Source: an uncultured Sphingomonas sp. (GTDB lineage Bacteria; Pseudomonadota; Alphaproteobacteria; Sphingomonadales; Sphingomonadaceae). From it: a stretch of DNA of 64,000 nucleotides. The translations under genes and the position numbers were made by a program. The stretch lies in the NCBI RefSeq assembly GCF_913777325.1, contig NZ_CAJYSA010000064.1; one strand, 5' to 3'. Under the pieces are notes generated by a model. The model was not told the DNA's origin and searched no databases. It saw only the letters and a list, made by a program, of their open reading frames with translations. Below are positions 15,879 to 25,490 of this stretch, one piece after another (position 1 is the first letter of the stretch; every line of letters begins with the position of its first letter).

Positions 15879-17087
15879 ATGTCGAGTTTCATTTTAGGAT
15901 TATTTGGCGTTCCGCAGGAGCGTAAAAGCGCAATCACCGTTGAGCGTCGGAGCGAACAGTATATTGAAGATCGCCTGAACAACGAAGATATCAGCGGTTA
16001 CACTAGCGTTTTCTATGCGTGCGGTCGTGTCATCGCTGACGGGTTAGCCAAGCCACCCGTCTATGTTCAGCAAGTGACCAAAGGTGGCCGTCGCTTCGCC
16101 ACTGAACACCCGCTCTACGGGATCATCAGTGCTGTTCCGAACAAGCTTCAGACAAGTCAGGAGCTTCGTCAGGTTCAGGGCTGGCAGGCCGCGACCACGG
16201 GCAACTCATATTGCTGGATCAACCGCGCCAAGCGCTCCCGCGAAATCCTTGAGATCGTCCCGCTGAATCCTTCCGAGATCAGCCGCGTGGATCAAGTCGA
16301 AATCGGAGCGCTGCCGAAGTTCATCATGAACGGTAGCGAGATGGCCGCTGATGAAATTTGGCACTTCCGTGGTCATTCCAACGAGCGCAACGGCGGTGTG
16401 GATACAGCGTCCATGGCGCGCCGGGCCATCCTCATGGCGCAGATAGCGGAAAGCTTCGGTATCGACCTGTTCAAGAACCGGGCGGCGCTCGAAGGTATCA
16501 TCTCGCCTGACGGACAACTTGATCAGGAAGGCTTCAAGCGGCTCAAGGAATCATTCGCGGACCAGCACACCAGCAACGGCAAGAAAGGGCGCACAGCCTT
16601 CTTCCCGACCGCTATCAAATACCAACAATTGTCAGCCACGGCCACGGATTCACAGTGGCTTGAGATGCGTCGGTTCCAGATCGAGGAAATCTGCCGCTAC
16701 TTCCGTGTCAGCCCGATCAAGGTGTTCAGCGCCCTTGGATCGCAGTCCTACGCGAGCGTTGAACAGGGTCACATCGCTCATGACGCTGACACTGACGCGC
16801 ACTGGCATGATCGATACGAGCAAAGCGCCACCAAGGCGCTTCTGACTCCCAAAGATCGCCGCGAAGGCTACACCATCGTTCTGGACAACCGTGCCGCTCT
16901 GCGGGGCACCGCCAAAGAACGGGCGGAATACTACAACCTTGGCGTCACCGGTGGATGGCTGACGGTCAATGAGGTTCGTGAAGCGGAGAATTTCGACCGC
17001 TCTAACGATCCCGAACACGACAAGCTTCGTCCCGCAGCCAACTTGTTTGGCGGAACCTCGAAGCCGTCCGGCACCCCGTCAAACTAA
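15879..17087 (+). CDS. Portal protein (HK97 family)
   Basis: The protein is 402 aa and lies between terL and the prohead protease. Its size and sequence character fit HK97-type portals. Confidence 0.9.
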   Translation: MSSFILGLFGVPQERKSAITVERRSEQYIEDRLNNEDISGYTSVFYACGRVIADGLAKPPVYVQQVTKGGRRFATEHPLYGIISAVPNKLQTSQELRQVQGWQAATTGNSYCWINRAKRSREILEIVPLNPSEISRVDQVEIGALPKFIMNGSEMAADEIWHFRGHSNERNGGVDTASMARRAILMAQIAESFGIDLFKNRAALEGIISPDGQLDQEGFKRLKESFADQHTSNGKKGRTAFFPTAIKYQQLSATATDSQWLEMRRFQIEEICRYFRVSPIKVFSALGSQSYASVEQGHIAHDADTDAHWHDRYEQSATKALLTPKDRREGYTIVLDNRAALRGTAKERAEYYNLGVTGGWLTVNEVREAENFDRSNDPEHDKLRPAANLFGGTSKPSGTPSN

Positions 17088-17095
17088 ATAGCTAT

Positions 17096-17827
17096 ATGAA
17101 GATCGAAAAGAAGACGTTTGTCGGGAGCGTTGAGGTAAAGCTTGCCGACCCTAACAGCGATGTCACGTCGAAATCCTTCACCGGATATGGCGCTTACTTC
17201 GGGAACGAAGATTCCTATGGTGACGTAATCGCACCGGGTGCCTTTACCAAATCACTGGCACGCCACGAGGCGGCGGGAACCCTGCCGCTGATGCTTCTCA
17301 ACCATGACGCATGGAATCAGCTTCCTGTTGGCGTTTGGAAGTCGATGTCAGAAGATGACAGCGGCCTAGTTGTGGAAGGTGAGCTTCTGGACACGTCAAT
17401 TGGGGCTGACGTTTACAAGGCGCTCAAAGCCGGTGCGATTACTGGCCTTTCCATTGGTTTTCGATGCCTCGGCTTCGAGATGACCGGAGAGAAGCGAACC
17501 ATCACTGAAGCCGATCTCATGGAAGTTAGTGTCGTTACCTTCCCGGCTAACGATCTCGCGCGTGTCGAAAGCGTGAAAGCAGAAAATCAGGAGAATGAAA
17601 TGGAAGATGATGAAGCGATCAAGGCCGCGCTGACCAAGGCGGGTTTTGACGACGACGCTGTTGAAGCGCTCTTTAACAGCCGCAAATCCGAAGATGATGA
17701 AGAAGTTGTCAGTGAAGAGGCTTCGTCGGACGATGAGGATCAAGATGAGACTAAATATAATCAGGCCGAAGTTTTAGCGGCCATCGAAATGCTAGTTAAA
17801 ACAACCAAGGAGATGTATGTCCGCTAA
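17096..17827 (+). CDS. Prohead maturation protease (HK97 family) with an acidic C-terminal tail
   Basis: GYGAYFGNEDSYGDVIAPGAFTKSL...MLLNHD...GLSIGF matches the HK97 protease pattern. It is followed by the capsid gene. Confidence 0.9.
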   Translation: MKIEKKTFVGSVEVKLADPNSDVTSKSFTGYGAYFGNEDSYGDVIAPGAFTKSLARHEAAGTLPLMLLNHDAWNQLPVGVWKSMSEDDSGLVVEGELLDTSIGADVYKALKAGAITGLSIGFRCLGFEMTGEKRTITEADLMEVSVVTFPANDLARVESVKAENQENEMEDDEAIKAALTKAGFDDDAVEALFNSRKSEDDEEVVSEEASSDDEDQDETKYNQAEVLAAIEMLVKTTKEMYVR

Positions 17828-18950
17828 TACCTTAATTACTGAACTCAACAAGCTTTCTGAAGAGTTTAAGTCCGCTATCGCACGCAGCGACGAGGCGGCT
17901 GAGAAGCGCCTCAACGATGCGATTGCTGATGTTGAAGCAAAGCTGCGCAGCGATGCCGCAGACGCCAATCGTCCTTCCGCTGGCGCGACGAACGACGAAG
18001 CAGAATTCAAGAGCTTCTGCGAATATCTGCGCACCCGTGACGTTAAGTCGATGTCGGCAGGTTCAGCGACCGATGGCGGTGTCACCGTTCCGAAGCAGCT
18101 TCATGGCCAGATTCAGGGTTATCTCTACGATCAGAGCGTGATGCGCCAGCTTTCGACGGTAGTTTCGACTTCGACGCCCGATTACAACTTCCCGGTCCAG
18201 ACCGGTGGTGCTGGCGCAGAGTGGACCGGCGAGACAAACGCCCGTAACACGACTGACACTCCGAAGATCGAGAACGTCAAGCCGCCCGTTGGTGAGCTTA
18301 CCGCGCGCGCGCTCATTACGCAGACGTTGCTTGAGGACTCGTATTACCCGCTTCAGCCGTGGTTGGTTTCGAACCTTGGTGAGAAGTTCATCGAGGCAAC
18401 TGGCTCGGCTTTCGTCAACGGCACGGGCACGAACCAGCCGAAGGGTCTTCTGTCTTACGCGACTTCGGCGGTCACCGATAAGGTTGGCACCCGTCCGTTC
18501 GGCACTTTCCAGCACGTCGCCAGCGGCACCTCCGCTGCCCTCGGTGACGTTGAGAAGCTGATGGACCTGACGATGGCGGTTAAGGCTGGCTTCCGCGCCG
18601 GTTCCGCGTTCGTGATGACAAAGGCGTCGCTGAATTTCTATCGTAAGCAGAAGGACACGACCGGTCAGTATATCTGGCAGCCGTCGATTCAGGCGGGCGT
18701 TCCGTCCACTCTGCTCGGCTATCCGGTTTACGAAGATGAAAACTTCGCGGAAGCGGGCACCGCTGGTGGCCTCGCTGTTGCTTTCGGCAACTTCAAGGCT
18801 GGTTACGTGATCGTGGATCGTGTCTCGATGACGGTGAAGGTCGATGACATCACGTTCGATCCTTACTACGCCATCAAGGCTCGCACCCGCGTCGGTGGTG
18901 CTGCCCTTGACACGAACGCTATCAAGTTCTTGAAGCTTTCGGCTTCGTAA
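17817..18950 (+). CDS. Major capsid protein (HK97 fold)
   Basis: The protein is 377 aa with an N-terminal coiled delta-domain-like segment. AAGGAG lies upstream. It is followed by a terminator hairpin. Confidence 0.9.
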   Translation: MSANTLITELNKLSEEFKSAIARSDEAAEKRLNDAIADVEAKLRSDAADANRPSAGATNDEAEFKSFCEYLRTRDVKSMSAGSATDGGVTVPKQLHGQIQGYLYDQSVMRQLSTVVSTSTPDYNFPVQTGGAGAEWTGETNARNTTDTPKIENVKPPVGELTARALITQTLLEDSYYPLQPWLVSNLGEKFIEATGSAFVNGTGTNQPKGLLSYATSAVTDKVGTRPFGTFQHVASGTSAALGDVEKLMDLTMAVKAGFRAGSAFVMTKASLNFYRKQKDTTGQYIWQPSIQAGVPSTLLGYPVYEDENFAEAGTAGGLAVAFGNFKAGYVIVDRVSMTVKVDDITFDPYYAIKARTRVGGAALDTNAIKFLKLSAS

Positions 18951-18970
18951 GAGCTTCGATCCAAGCAATG

Positions 18971-19003
18971 AAAAGGCCGGGTGAGCGATCATCCGGCTTT
19001 TTT
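18971..19003 (+). terminator. Hairpin plus T-run after the capsid gene (partial terminator or attenuator)
   Basis: The stem pairs GCCGG (18976-80) with CCGGC (18993-97). It is flanked by AAAA on the 5' side and TTTTTT on the 3' side. Confidence 0.55.
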
Positions 19004-19024
19004 CATGCCCGAATAAATACCCTT

Positions 19025-19522
19025 ATGAACGTCACTCTATTATCCTCACCAAGCGAACAGCCGATCTCTGACGAACGTGTTGCGGAATGGTGCCGCATCG
19101 ACACCGGTCAGGACGCAGCTACGATCCAGATGCTTGTATTCTCGGCTCTGGCGCTGGTCGAAAGCTACCTCAACAAAACCCTCATGCAGACGACCTTTCG
19201 TGGTCAGACCGAGTGCCGGGCTTCGAGCTACGATCTCCCGCGCGTCCCGGTCTACGATGTCATGAGCGTCAAGGTTGACGGTGTGGCGCTGGTGCGCGGC
19301 ACTGATTGGAAGGTGTGTGGTGACCGCGTGGTCCTGACCGCCCTTCCTGACGCTTGCCCGGTCATCGAGTGGATCGCAGGGTTCCACGATGTGCCCCCGA
19401 ACGTGAGCAACGCCATCGCGCTCTTGGTGAGCGCTCTATACGATAATCGCACCACGATTGACCCGATGACCGTCAAGGCAGTCGAGTGGCTGTGTGCGCC
19501 CCATCGTCGGGTGACGCTGTGA
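19025..19522 (+). CDS. Head-tail connector (gp6-like)
   Basis: The start is chosen by TAAATA-N5-ATG at 19014-19027. Its position after the capsid gene and its size (~165 aa) fit. Confidence 0.7.
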   Translation: MNVTLLSSPSEQPISDERVAEWCRIDTGQDAATIQMLVFSALALVESYLNKTLMQTTFRGQTECRASSYDLPRVPVYDVMSVKVDGVALVRGTDWKVCGDRVVLTALPDACPVIEWIAGFHDVPPNVSNAIALLVSALYDNRTTIDPMTVKAVEWLCAPHRRVTL

Positions 19523-19839
19523 AGATCGACGCCGGGAAGCTCGACCGCAAGCTTGAGATCATGACAGCGACGGTGACGAAGAACACCTTCGGAGAGAAGG
19601 TCACCTCATGGACCGTCAGCGCCACCACGTGGGCACAGCGTCTTGAGATACGATCCGCTGACAGCGCTCGTGCGGCGCTCCATCAGACGATTGTCACCGC
19701 CCGTGTCCTTCTGCGCTACCGCACCGGCCTTGAGGCTGGCCAGCGCGTTCGTCTGGACGGCACCGACTACATCGTCACCGCTATCGATGAGCCTGATCGT
19801 CGCGCCACGCTGATCCTGATGTTGGAGTCCGTCCAGTGA
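19519..19839 (+). CDS. Head closure / head-tail joining protein
   Basis: A GTG at 19519 overlaps the upstream stop (GTGA). LDRKLEIMTATVTKNTFGEKVTSWTVSATTWAQ fits the head-tail joining family pattern. Confidence 0.7.
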   Translation: MKIDAGKLDRKLEIMTATVTKNTFGEKVTSWTVSATTWAQRLEIRSADSARAALHQTIVTARVLLRYRTGLEAGQRVRLDGTDYIVTAIDEPDRRATLILMLESVQ

Positions 19840-20276
19840 GCGCGGTAAAAGGCCTCGCCGACCTGAACCGGCGCGCGTCGCTGCTATCACGGGATATTGC
19901 CACCAAGATCGGTCAGTCCGCCAACCGGGCTGGCACCAAAGAGATTGCCGATGCGATCCGCACTGAAGCCACAGATGGTCCGACACCCGAAGGTGAGGTG
20001 AGAAACAGAAGGCGCAAGAGCGGCAAGACGGTTCAAGAACCGCACAAAAAGATCAAAAACCACATTCGTGTGGTGAAAGTCAGAGCGAAGGACGGTGTTG
20101 TTGAAAACGCGGTCGTCATCGATGCCTACCACGCCGGGATGGAGGAATTCGGATCGATCCACAACACACCAAACCCGTTCGCCAAGCGAGGGTTTGATAA
20201 GGCGCGCAACGACGCGATTGAGAAGGTCAAGAAGGTTCTAGAGCGCCGAATCGCTAAAGAGGAGGCGAAGCTATGA
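19836..20276 (+). CDS. HK97 gp10-family tail-attachment protein
   Basis: It overlaps the upstream gene by GTGA. AYHAGMEEFGSIHNTPNPFAKRGFD resembles the gp10-family core. Confidence 0.75.
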   Translation: MSAVKGLADLNRRASLLSRDIATKIGQSANRAGTKEIADAIRTEATDGPTPEGEVRNRRRKSGKTVQEPHKKIKNHIRVVKVRAKDGVVENAVVIDAYHAGMEEFGSIHNTPNPFAKRGFDKARNDAIEKVKKVLERRIAKEEAKL

Positions 20277-20635
20277 CCATGGAAGAAACAGTCGCAGTGG
20301 CACTGTCAACGCTCACGTCGGAGGTATATCCGGGTCACGCTCCACTTGATTATCAAGTGCCAGTGGTGATTTACAATCGTCTGTCCACCACCCCGGCTGA
20401 TGATCTCGATGACGATAGTCAGACCGGCTTCGCGTCTTTTCAGATCGACGTTTACGATCATAGCTTGAGTGGTGCCATGACGATGGCCGGGAGCGTGCGT
20501 CAGGTGGTCCGGAGCATTTCCGATGATGTGGTTCAGTCGGTGACCTTCACCGATCAGGCCAACATGCTGGATCAGACCACCGCGACGACGCTTTACCGGG
20601 TGAAAATGGACTTCAGCCTGTTCGGCATAGTCTAA
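20273..20635 (+). CDS. Tail terminator / completion protein (DUF3168-like)
   Basis: It overlaps the upstream gene by ATGA. The protein is 120 aa and lies directly before the major tail gene. Confidence 0.65.
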   Translation: MTMEETVAVALSTLTSEVYPGHAPLDYQVPVVIYNRLSTTPADDLDDDSQTGFASFQIDVYDHSLSGAMTMAGSVRQVVRSISDDVVQSVTFTDQANMLDQTTATTLYRVKMDFSLFGIV

Positions 20636-20644
20636 AGATAAATA

Positions 20645-20669
20645 CTCCTGAACGTTAATGTTTCAGGAG
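20645..20669 (+). promoter_or_regulatory. Hairpin that sequesters the Shine-Dalgarno sequence of the major tail gene
   Basis: CTCCTGAA (20645-52) is the exact reverse complement of TTCAGGAG (20662-69), with a 9 nt loop. The AGGAG at 20665-69 is the RBS for the ATG at 20674. Confidence 0.5.
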
Positions 20670-20673
20670 AAAA

Positions 20674-21099
20674 ATGGCTAACAATGCAATGTCTAGCGCG
20701 GGGGTTACCATCCGCGTCAAAGTCGGAAACGGCTCTTTCGTAAAAGTGGGTGGTGTCAAGACCTATTCGGGTCTTCGCGGTGGTTCACCTGCAATTCTGG
20801 ATTCGACCGATCTGGATTCGCCCGCTCGTGAGAAGATGCTCGGGCTTTCGGATGAAGGTCAGTTCAATTTTACCGCCAATTGGATCGACGCCGATCCCGG
20901 TCAGGCCGCACTTATCGGTGCTCGCCAGAGCGGCGCTGTTGTCAGCTACGAGGTGAAGTTTCCAAGCGTCACGCAGGTCTTCAAGTTCGATGCTTTCTGT
21001 CAGACGGCAGAGATCAGCGGCGGTGTCGATGAGATCGTTTCCGTGTCTTACGGCAACGAGATCACCGGCTTGGTCACTCGTGGAACGGCGACCGCGTAA
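20674..21099 (+). CDS. Major tail protein (TP901-1 / phage major tail 2-like, 141 aa)
   Basis: Position, size and a strong RBS support the call. Confidence 0.75.
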   Translation: MANNAMSSAGVTIRVKVGNGSFVKVGGVKTYSGLRGGSPAILDSTDLDSPAREKMLGLSDEGQFNFTANWIDADPGQAALIGARQSGAVVSYEVKFPSVTQVFKFDAFCQTAEISGGVDEIVSVSYGNEITGLVTRGTATA

Positions 21100-21512
21100 T
21101 GTTGGATCGTGAGCAAATCCTAGCAAAGCGCCCTCGCCGCAAGACTGTTCGTATTGAAGAATGGGACGGGGATGTCTGCATCCAAGCGATGACTACCCGC
21201 TCCCGCGTCGAAGTCCTTGACATTCTCTACGATAATGAGAACGCAATCGCGGCATATCAGGAAGATCAGGCGTTACCGGAAGATCAGCGTAAAGGCTTGC
21301 CGAAGGTTGACGCACTGGACAAGGGGCTTGTCTCCATCATCGCGTCGCTCGTGAACGAGGATGGATCAAAGCAGTTCTCGATGGAGGATTATTCTCTGTT
21401 TGAGGACCTGTCCTACCATGCGACTGTTCAGCTTTGGGCGGAAATCTTGAAGCTCAATGACTTAAAGCCGGTCGATCAGCAACACGCCGACGCAAAAAAA
21501 AATTCCGATTAA
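21099..21512 (+). CDS. Tail assembly chaperone (G-like)
   Basis: It overlaps the upstream gene by TAATG. It lies between the major tail and tape measure genes and ends just after an A9 slippery run. Confidence 0.75.
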   Translation: MLDREQILAKRPRRKTVRIEEWDGDVCIQAMTTRSRVEVLDILYDNENAIAAYQEDQALPEDQRKGLPKVDALDKGLVSIIASLVNEDGSKQFSMEDYSLFEDLSYHATVQLWAEILKLNDLKPVDQQHADAKKNSD

Positions 21513-21826
21513 GTCCGGAGCGTCGCTTCCTATTCCGCTTGGCTCTAGCGCTTGGGCGCACGGTGGCAGAATTAGATGCGACGCTATCCCCGGATGAATT
21601 TGAGGAATGGATTGCCTTCCATTCGCTAGAACCATTCGGATCACCGGTTGAAGATGAGCGGGCGCGTGTCAGCAATACGCTGTTCGCTCACGCAAACTTC
21701 AAGGAAGTCCCGGAATGGTGCCTCTTTGATCGTGATCCCGAAGAGACGGCGCGCTTGAAGGCCAAGCACACGCAAGATGATGCCCTACTGGCCTTCTTCA
21801 ACTCGATAGCGGTCGATGAAGCCTAA
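21099..21826 (+). CDS. Tail assembly chaperone frameshift product (G-T-like), produced by a -1 shift at 21494..21502
   Basis: The -1 frame is open from at least 21500 to the stop at 21826. The extension reads KFRLSPERRFLFRLALALGRTVAELDATLSPDEFEEWIAFHSLEPFG... Confidence 0.6.
21494..21502 (+). promoter_or_regulatory. Slippery sequence (A9 run, GCA AAA AAA AAT) for programmed -1 frameshifting
   Basis: Nine consecutive A residues lie 3 codons before the G stop. The downstream ORF is in the -1 frame. Confidence 0.6.
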
Positions 21827-21834
21827 ATATCCAT

Positions 21835-24186
21835 ATGGCATCACTAGGTAGATTAAGCGTCTCGATGGCGCTCGAATCCGATCAATTCATCGGAGCGCTA
21901 AAGAAATCAACGGACGCAGCGGGTAAAGCTGCGTCTACCATCAACAGCACGCTCGGCACCATCCGCACGGCTATGGGCGGGTTGGTCGCTGCGTTCACCT
22001 TCGATGCTATTCAAGAACAAACGCAGAAGGCCTTTGACTTCGCTGACGCTATTCAGGACCTTGCGGATCAAACCGGCGCGTCCACCACCTTTATCCAGCA
22101 ATTCGGCTATGCGGCACAGCTATCCGGCTCAAGCGTCGATTCCGCACGCGCTGCGATAGAAAAATTCTCGAAGAACCTTGGTGAAGCCATCGGCGGCAAC
22201 AAAGCCATGGGCGATGAGATGGCCAAGCTTGGTGTCACCTCGAAGAACGTGGACACCGCCATCAAACAGGCCGCGACCGGCATCAGCAAGCTCGGCACGA
22301 CCGCTGAAAAGACGGCAGCAACATCCAAGCTGTTCGGTAAGGCAGCGGGTGACCTGACCAACCTCATGTCCGGTGGTGCTTCAGCCATCGATGATTTCTC
22401 ACGGCGAGCAGCAGAGCTAGGCGTGGTGCTTGGTCCTGACCTGATCAGCAACGCTGGCAAGTTCAACGATGAGATGGACACGTTAAAGATGATCACTGAC
22501 GCCCAAATGGCGCAGGCGATCACCAAAAACGCCGATGCCATCGTCAGCCTTCACAGCGCCATCGCTGACGTTGGTGTGTCACTGGCCAAATTCTGGTCGC
22601 AGAACCCTCGCGAGGCTCTGTCCATCATCGGGGGCCTTGGTGGTGCGCTCGTGGGCGGTTTACCCGGTGCCATCGGTGGCGTCGTCGGTGGCTATGCCAT
22701 CGGCGATAAGATGGCGCAAAAACGCTACCAGCGAAACGGTAAGTGGGCGGCGCTGAAGAAGCTCGAAGACGATGCCAATAATAAGGCTGAAGCCAACTTC
22801 CTTCGTCAGGGGGCGGGCCGGGGCACCACGAACCGCTTCGCTAACATCCGAAACAAGGCCCGTAAGGACCGGGTTGCCCTTGAGCATGACATCGACAGCG
22901 GCAAGGTCAAAACCGACATGCCCGCTGCCCCGGCACCCGCTGTCAGCGCTGGTGGCGATGGCGGATCGTGGAAGCCAACGGGTGGCAAAGGTGGCGGATC
23001 AGGCTCGAAGCCGAAAGGTCGGTCAGGACCGTCAGCGCAGGACCTTGCCGACAAAGAGGCAGAGCGACGCCTGTCATTCGAGCGTGAGCTATCTTCGCTC
23101 AAGATGGACGAATTGGACGCTCAACAGGCGCTCATGCCGAACATCGCGGATCAGAGCCGCATCGAGCACCAGATACTCGACGCGCAGCTTCAACAGCATA
23201 TCGATGAGATCGAACGTTCGGTCATCAAGAAGGACCTGACACGCGCTGAAGCGGATCAGCTTCTTGATCTCGAAAAGCAGATTTCCCTTACGAAGGGGAA
23301 GCTTGTCGATCAGCGTGAGGCAGAAACCCTCGCCAGAGAGGCGCTGGCGATCACGCAAAACAGCATGGAGCTTGAGCGAGATCAGCTTCTTGCCACGAAG
23401 GACCTTGCCCGGTCATCCGGTGAGCGCCGCACTGTCAGCCTTCGCCTTGTCGATCTACAGTATCAGCAAGAAAAACTAGCGCTTGATGCGGTGTTGGCAT
23501 CCAAGGAAGCCACTGACGCTGAAAAGAAGATCGCGCAAGCTCGGTTGGACATGCTTCCGACGCTCAAGAACCAAGCCATTACTGCCGCAAAGCGTGACAC
23601 AATGTCCCCCGGTGAAGGCTTCCTTGATCTTATCCCGAAAACCGGGGCAGAGATCAAAGACCGTATCGAAGACGTTGCGGTAAGCGGTCTTAACGGTCTT
23701 CAACAGAGCCTTGTGGACACCATCAAAGGGGTAGGTGGTCTTGGTGACGCTTTCTCGAAGATGTCTAGCACCGTCATCGACGGATTGATCAACATCGGCC
23801 TTCAGCAAGCCATCATCAAACCGTTGGGCGGACTGTTGTTCGGTGGTGATTCCGGTGGCGGTGGACTTTTGGGTAGTCTTCTTGGTTCGGTCATCAAAGG
23901 TGGTCGCGCTAATGGTGGTTACACAAGTCCGGGCACCTACCTTGTTGGCGAGCGTGGCAAGGAATTGCTGACGATTGGATCGTCTGCGCACGTTACGAAC
24001 AATGATAAACTGACACGCTCTGGCGGTGGGGGAGGTGGTATCAACATCACCTTCGGATCGATCACAAGCAACGATCCGGAAGCAATCAAGCGCGCTGCTT
24101 ACGAAGCTGTCATGCAGGCAACACCAGCAATTGCGGAACACGCTTCCGGGCTGACCTTGGGCAAGCTTCAGAGACGCACCATATGA
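21835..24186 (+). CDS. Tail tape measure protein
   Basis: The protein is 783 aa, helical and coiled-coil-rich, with Gly-rich segments. It lies after the chaperone pair. Confidence 0.9.
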   Translation: MASLGRLSVSMALESDQFIGALKKSTDAAGKAASTINSTLGTIRTAMGGLVAAFTFDAIQEQTQKAFDFADAIQDLADQTGASTTFIQQFGYAAQLSGSSVDSARAAIEKFSKNLGEAIGGNKAMGDEMAKLGVTSKNVDTAIKQAATGISKLGTTAEKTAATSKLFGKAAGDLTNLMSGGASAIDDFSRRAAELGVVLGPDLISNAGKFNDEMDTLKMITDAQMAQAITKNADAIVSLHSAIADVGVSLAKFWSQNPREALSIIGGLGGALVGGLPGAIGGVVGGYAIGDKMAQKRYQRNGKWAALKKLEDDANNKAEANFLRQGAGRGTTNRFANIRNKARKDRVALEHDIDSGKVKTDMPAAPAPAVSAGGDGGSWKPTGGKGGGSGSKPKGRSGPSAQDLADKEAERRLSFERELSSLKMDELDAQQALMPNIADQSRIEHQILDAQLQQHIDEIERSVIKKDLTRAEADQLLDLEKQISLTKGKLVDQREAETLAREALAITQNSMELERDQLLATKDLARSSGERRTVSLRLVDLQYQQEKLALDAVLASKEATDAEKKIAQARLDMLPTLKNQAITAAKRDTMSPGEGFLDLIPKTGAEIKDRIEDVAVSGLNGLQQSLVDTIKGVGGLGDAFSKMSSTVIDGLINIGLQQAIIKPLGGLLFGGDSGGGGLLGSLLGSVIKGGRANGGYTSPGTYLVGERGKELLTIGSSAHVTNNDKLTRSGGGGGGINITFGSITSNDPEAIKRAAYEAVMQATPAIAEHASGLTLGKLQRRTI

Positions 24187-24199
24187 ACTAAATACCTTC

Positions 24200-24796
24200 G
24201 TGCTATATCCTCGTGAATTCCCAACCGCCGCAAAGACGCAACGTCTCGGTATCGATAGGCGTCAGTCCACCGCCGAAAGTCAGTATACTTTCGAAAAGCA
24301 GACCATCCACACCGCTTCACAGTGGGTGCTTGAGTGGACATGGCCGGTGATGACGCTTGAGCGTGCCGAAGAAGTCAGCGCATGGCTTGCGTCATTGCGT
24401 GGGCAGATCGGCTCGTTCCGTTATCGCCCGCGTCAGGCCTACCAATCGTCGCTGACCACCATCACGGTCGCTACCACCGCCTTCGCCTACAATGGGGCGC
24501 TACAGGCGCAGGGATGGGCCGCAGGAGCGCAAAGCACGCTTCGAGCGGGCCAGTTCCTCCAAGTGGGCACGCAGCTTCTACAGATCACGGAAGCGGCTGC
24601 GTTCGCCGACGCGTCCGGCAAGGTGCTCATCGAGTTTGAGCCGCAGCTACGCATCAACTACGCGGTCAACACACCTATCAACTTCGTCAATCCGGCTGGC
24701 GTGTTCTGTCTCACCGACAGCGCAGCGCAGGCCTACACCCTGACCCCGGACCATGCCCCGGAATTCGGCACCATCGTGGCGCGTGAGCAAATCTGA
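24200..24796 (+). CDS. Minor / distal tail protein
   Basis: It is the first gene after the tape measure. The start is TAAATA-N5-GTG. The protein is 198 aa. Confidence 0.6.
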   Translation: MLYPREFPTAAKTQRLGIDRRQSTAESQYTFEKQTIHTASQWVLEWTWPVMTLERAEEVSAWLASLRGQIGSFRYRPRQAYQSSLTTITVATTAFAYNGALQAQGWAAGAQSTLRAGQFLQVGTQLLQITEAAAFADASGKVLIEFEPQLRINYAVNTPINFVNPAGVFCLTDSAAQAYTLTPDHAPEFGTIVAREQI

Positions 24797-25482
24797 TGCG
24801 TCCCGACCTGTCACCGGCAGCGATCAGCGCCATCGGCGCACCCACGATCACCACCTTCATTGCGGCTTCGCTGGCCTTCAAATCCGAGGTTTGTAACATC
24901 TGGACCGGCATCTGTCCGCTCACTCCGAAGGGCTATGCTGACAGCCTGTTAGAAGGGAAAACGTTCGATCCGCTGGTTGCCGGGCTGGTGATCGACATCA
25001 GCGCCAACACCTTCACCCTTCAGGGTTCCAACGAGCTTACCATCACCCTCAACATCCCAACTGACGCCAATGTCGCGGTTGCGGCGGCGAACGTCTACCC
25101 GAACGAATACCAAGGGCGTGAGGCGGTGCTGTGGCGCGTCATCAAGCTTGAGCAGCCGAACGTCTTGGATGAGCCCGTGTGGCATTTCAGCCGCATCCGT
25201 AGCGGATCGATGGATAAGGTCGAAATCCAAGCTGACGGTCAGTCCAATAAATTCATCCTCACGATTGAATCTCATCAATCACGCGTGAGTAACGCCAGCA
25301 ATCAAACCTACCTCAATCAGCGCTCGTATGATCCGAACGACACGTCACAGGATTATGCTGTCAGCATCGCCAATGGTGATCCGGCACCGTCAAAAAGGCC
25401 GGTTGCTAGTGGTTATGCCAATTCTGCCGCGTCGTTCGGTGGTGTGGGCAAGTATTTCCTTGATAGGATCGCCCAAAACTAA
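24796..25482 (+). CDS. Minor tail / tail-tip hub protein
   Basis: It is coupled to the upstream gene by TGATG. The protein is 228 aa and lies in the tail-tip block. Confidence 0.6.
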   Translation: MRPDLSPAAISAIGAPTITTFIAASLAFKSEVCNIWTGICPLTPKGYADSLLEGKTFDPLVAGLVIDISANTFTLQGSNELTITLNIPTDANVAVAAANVYPNEYQGREAVLWRVIKLEQPNVLDEPVWHFSRIRSGSMDKVEIQADGQSNKFILTIESHQSRVSNASNQTYLNQRSYDPNDTSQDYAVSIANGDPAPSKRPVASGYANSAASFGGVGKYFLDRIAQN

Positions 25483-25490
25483 ATACAGGC

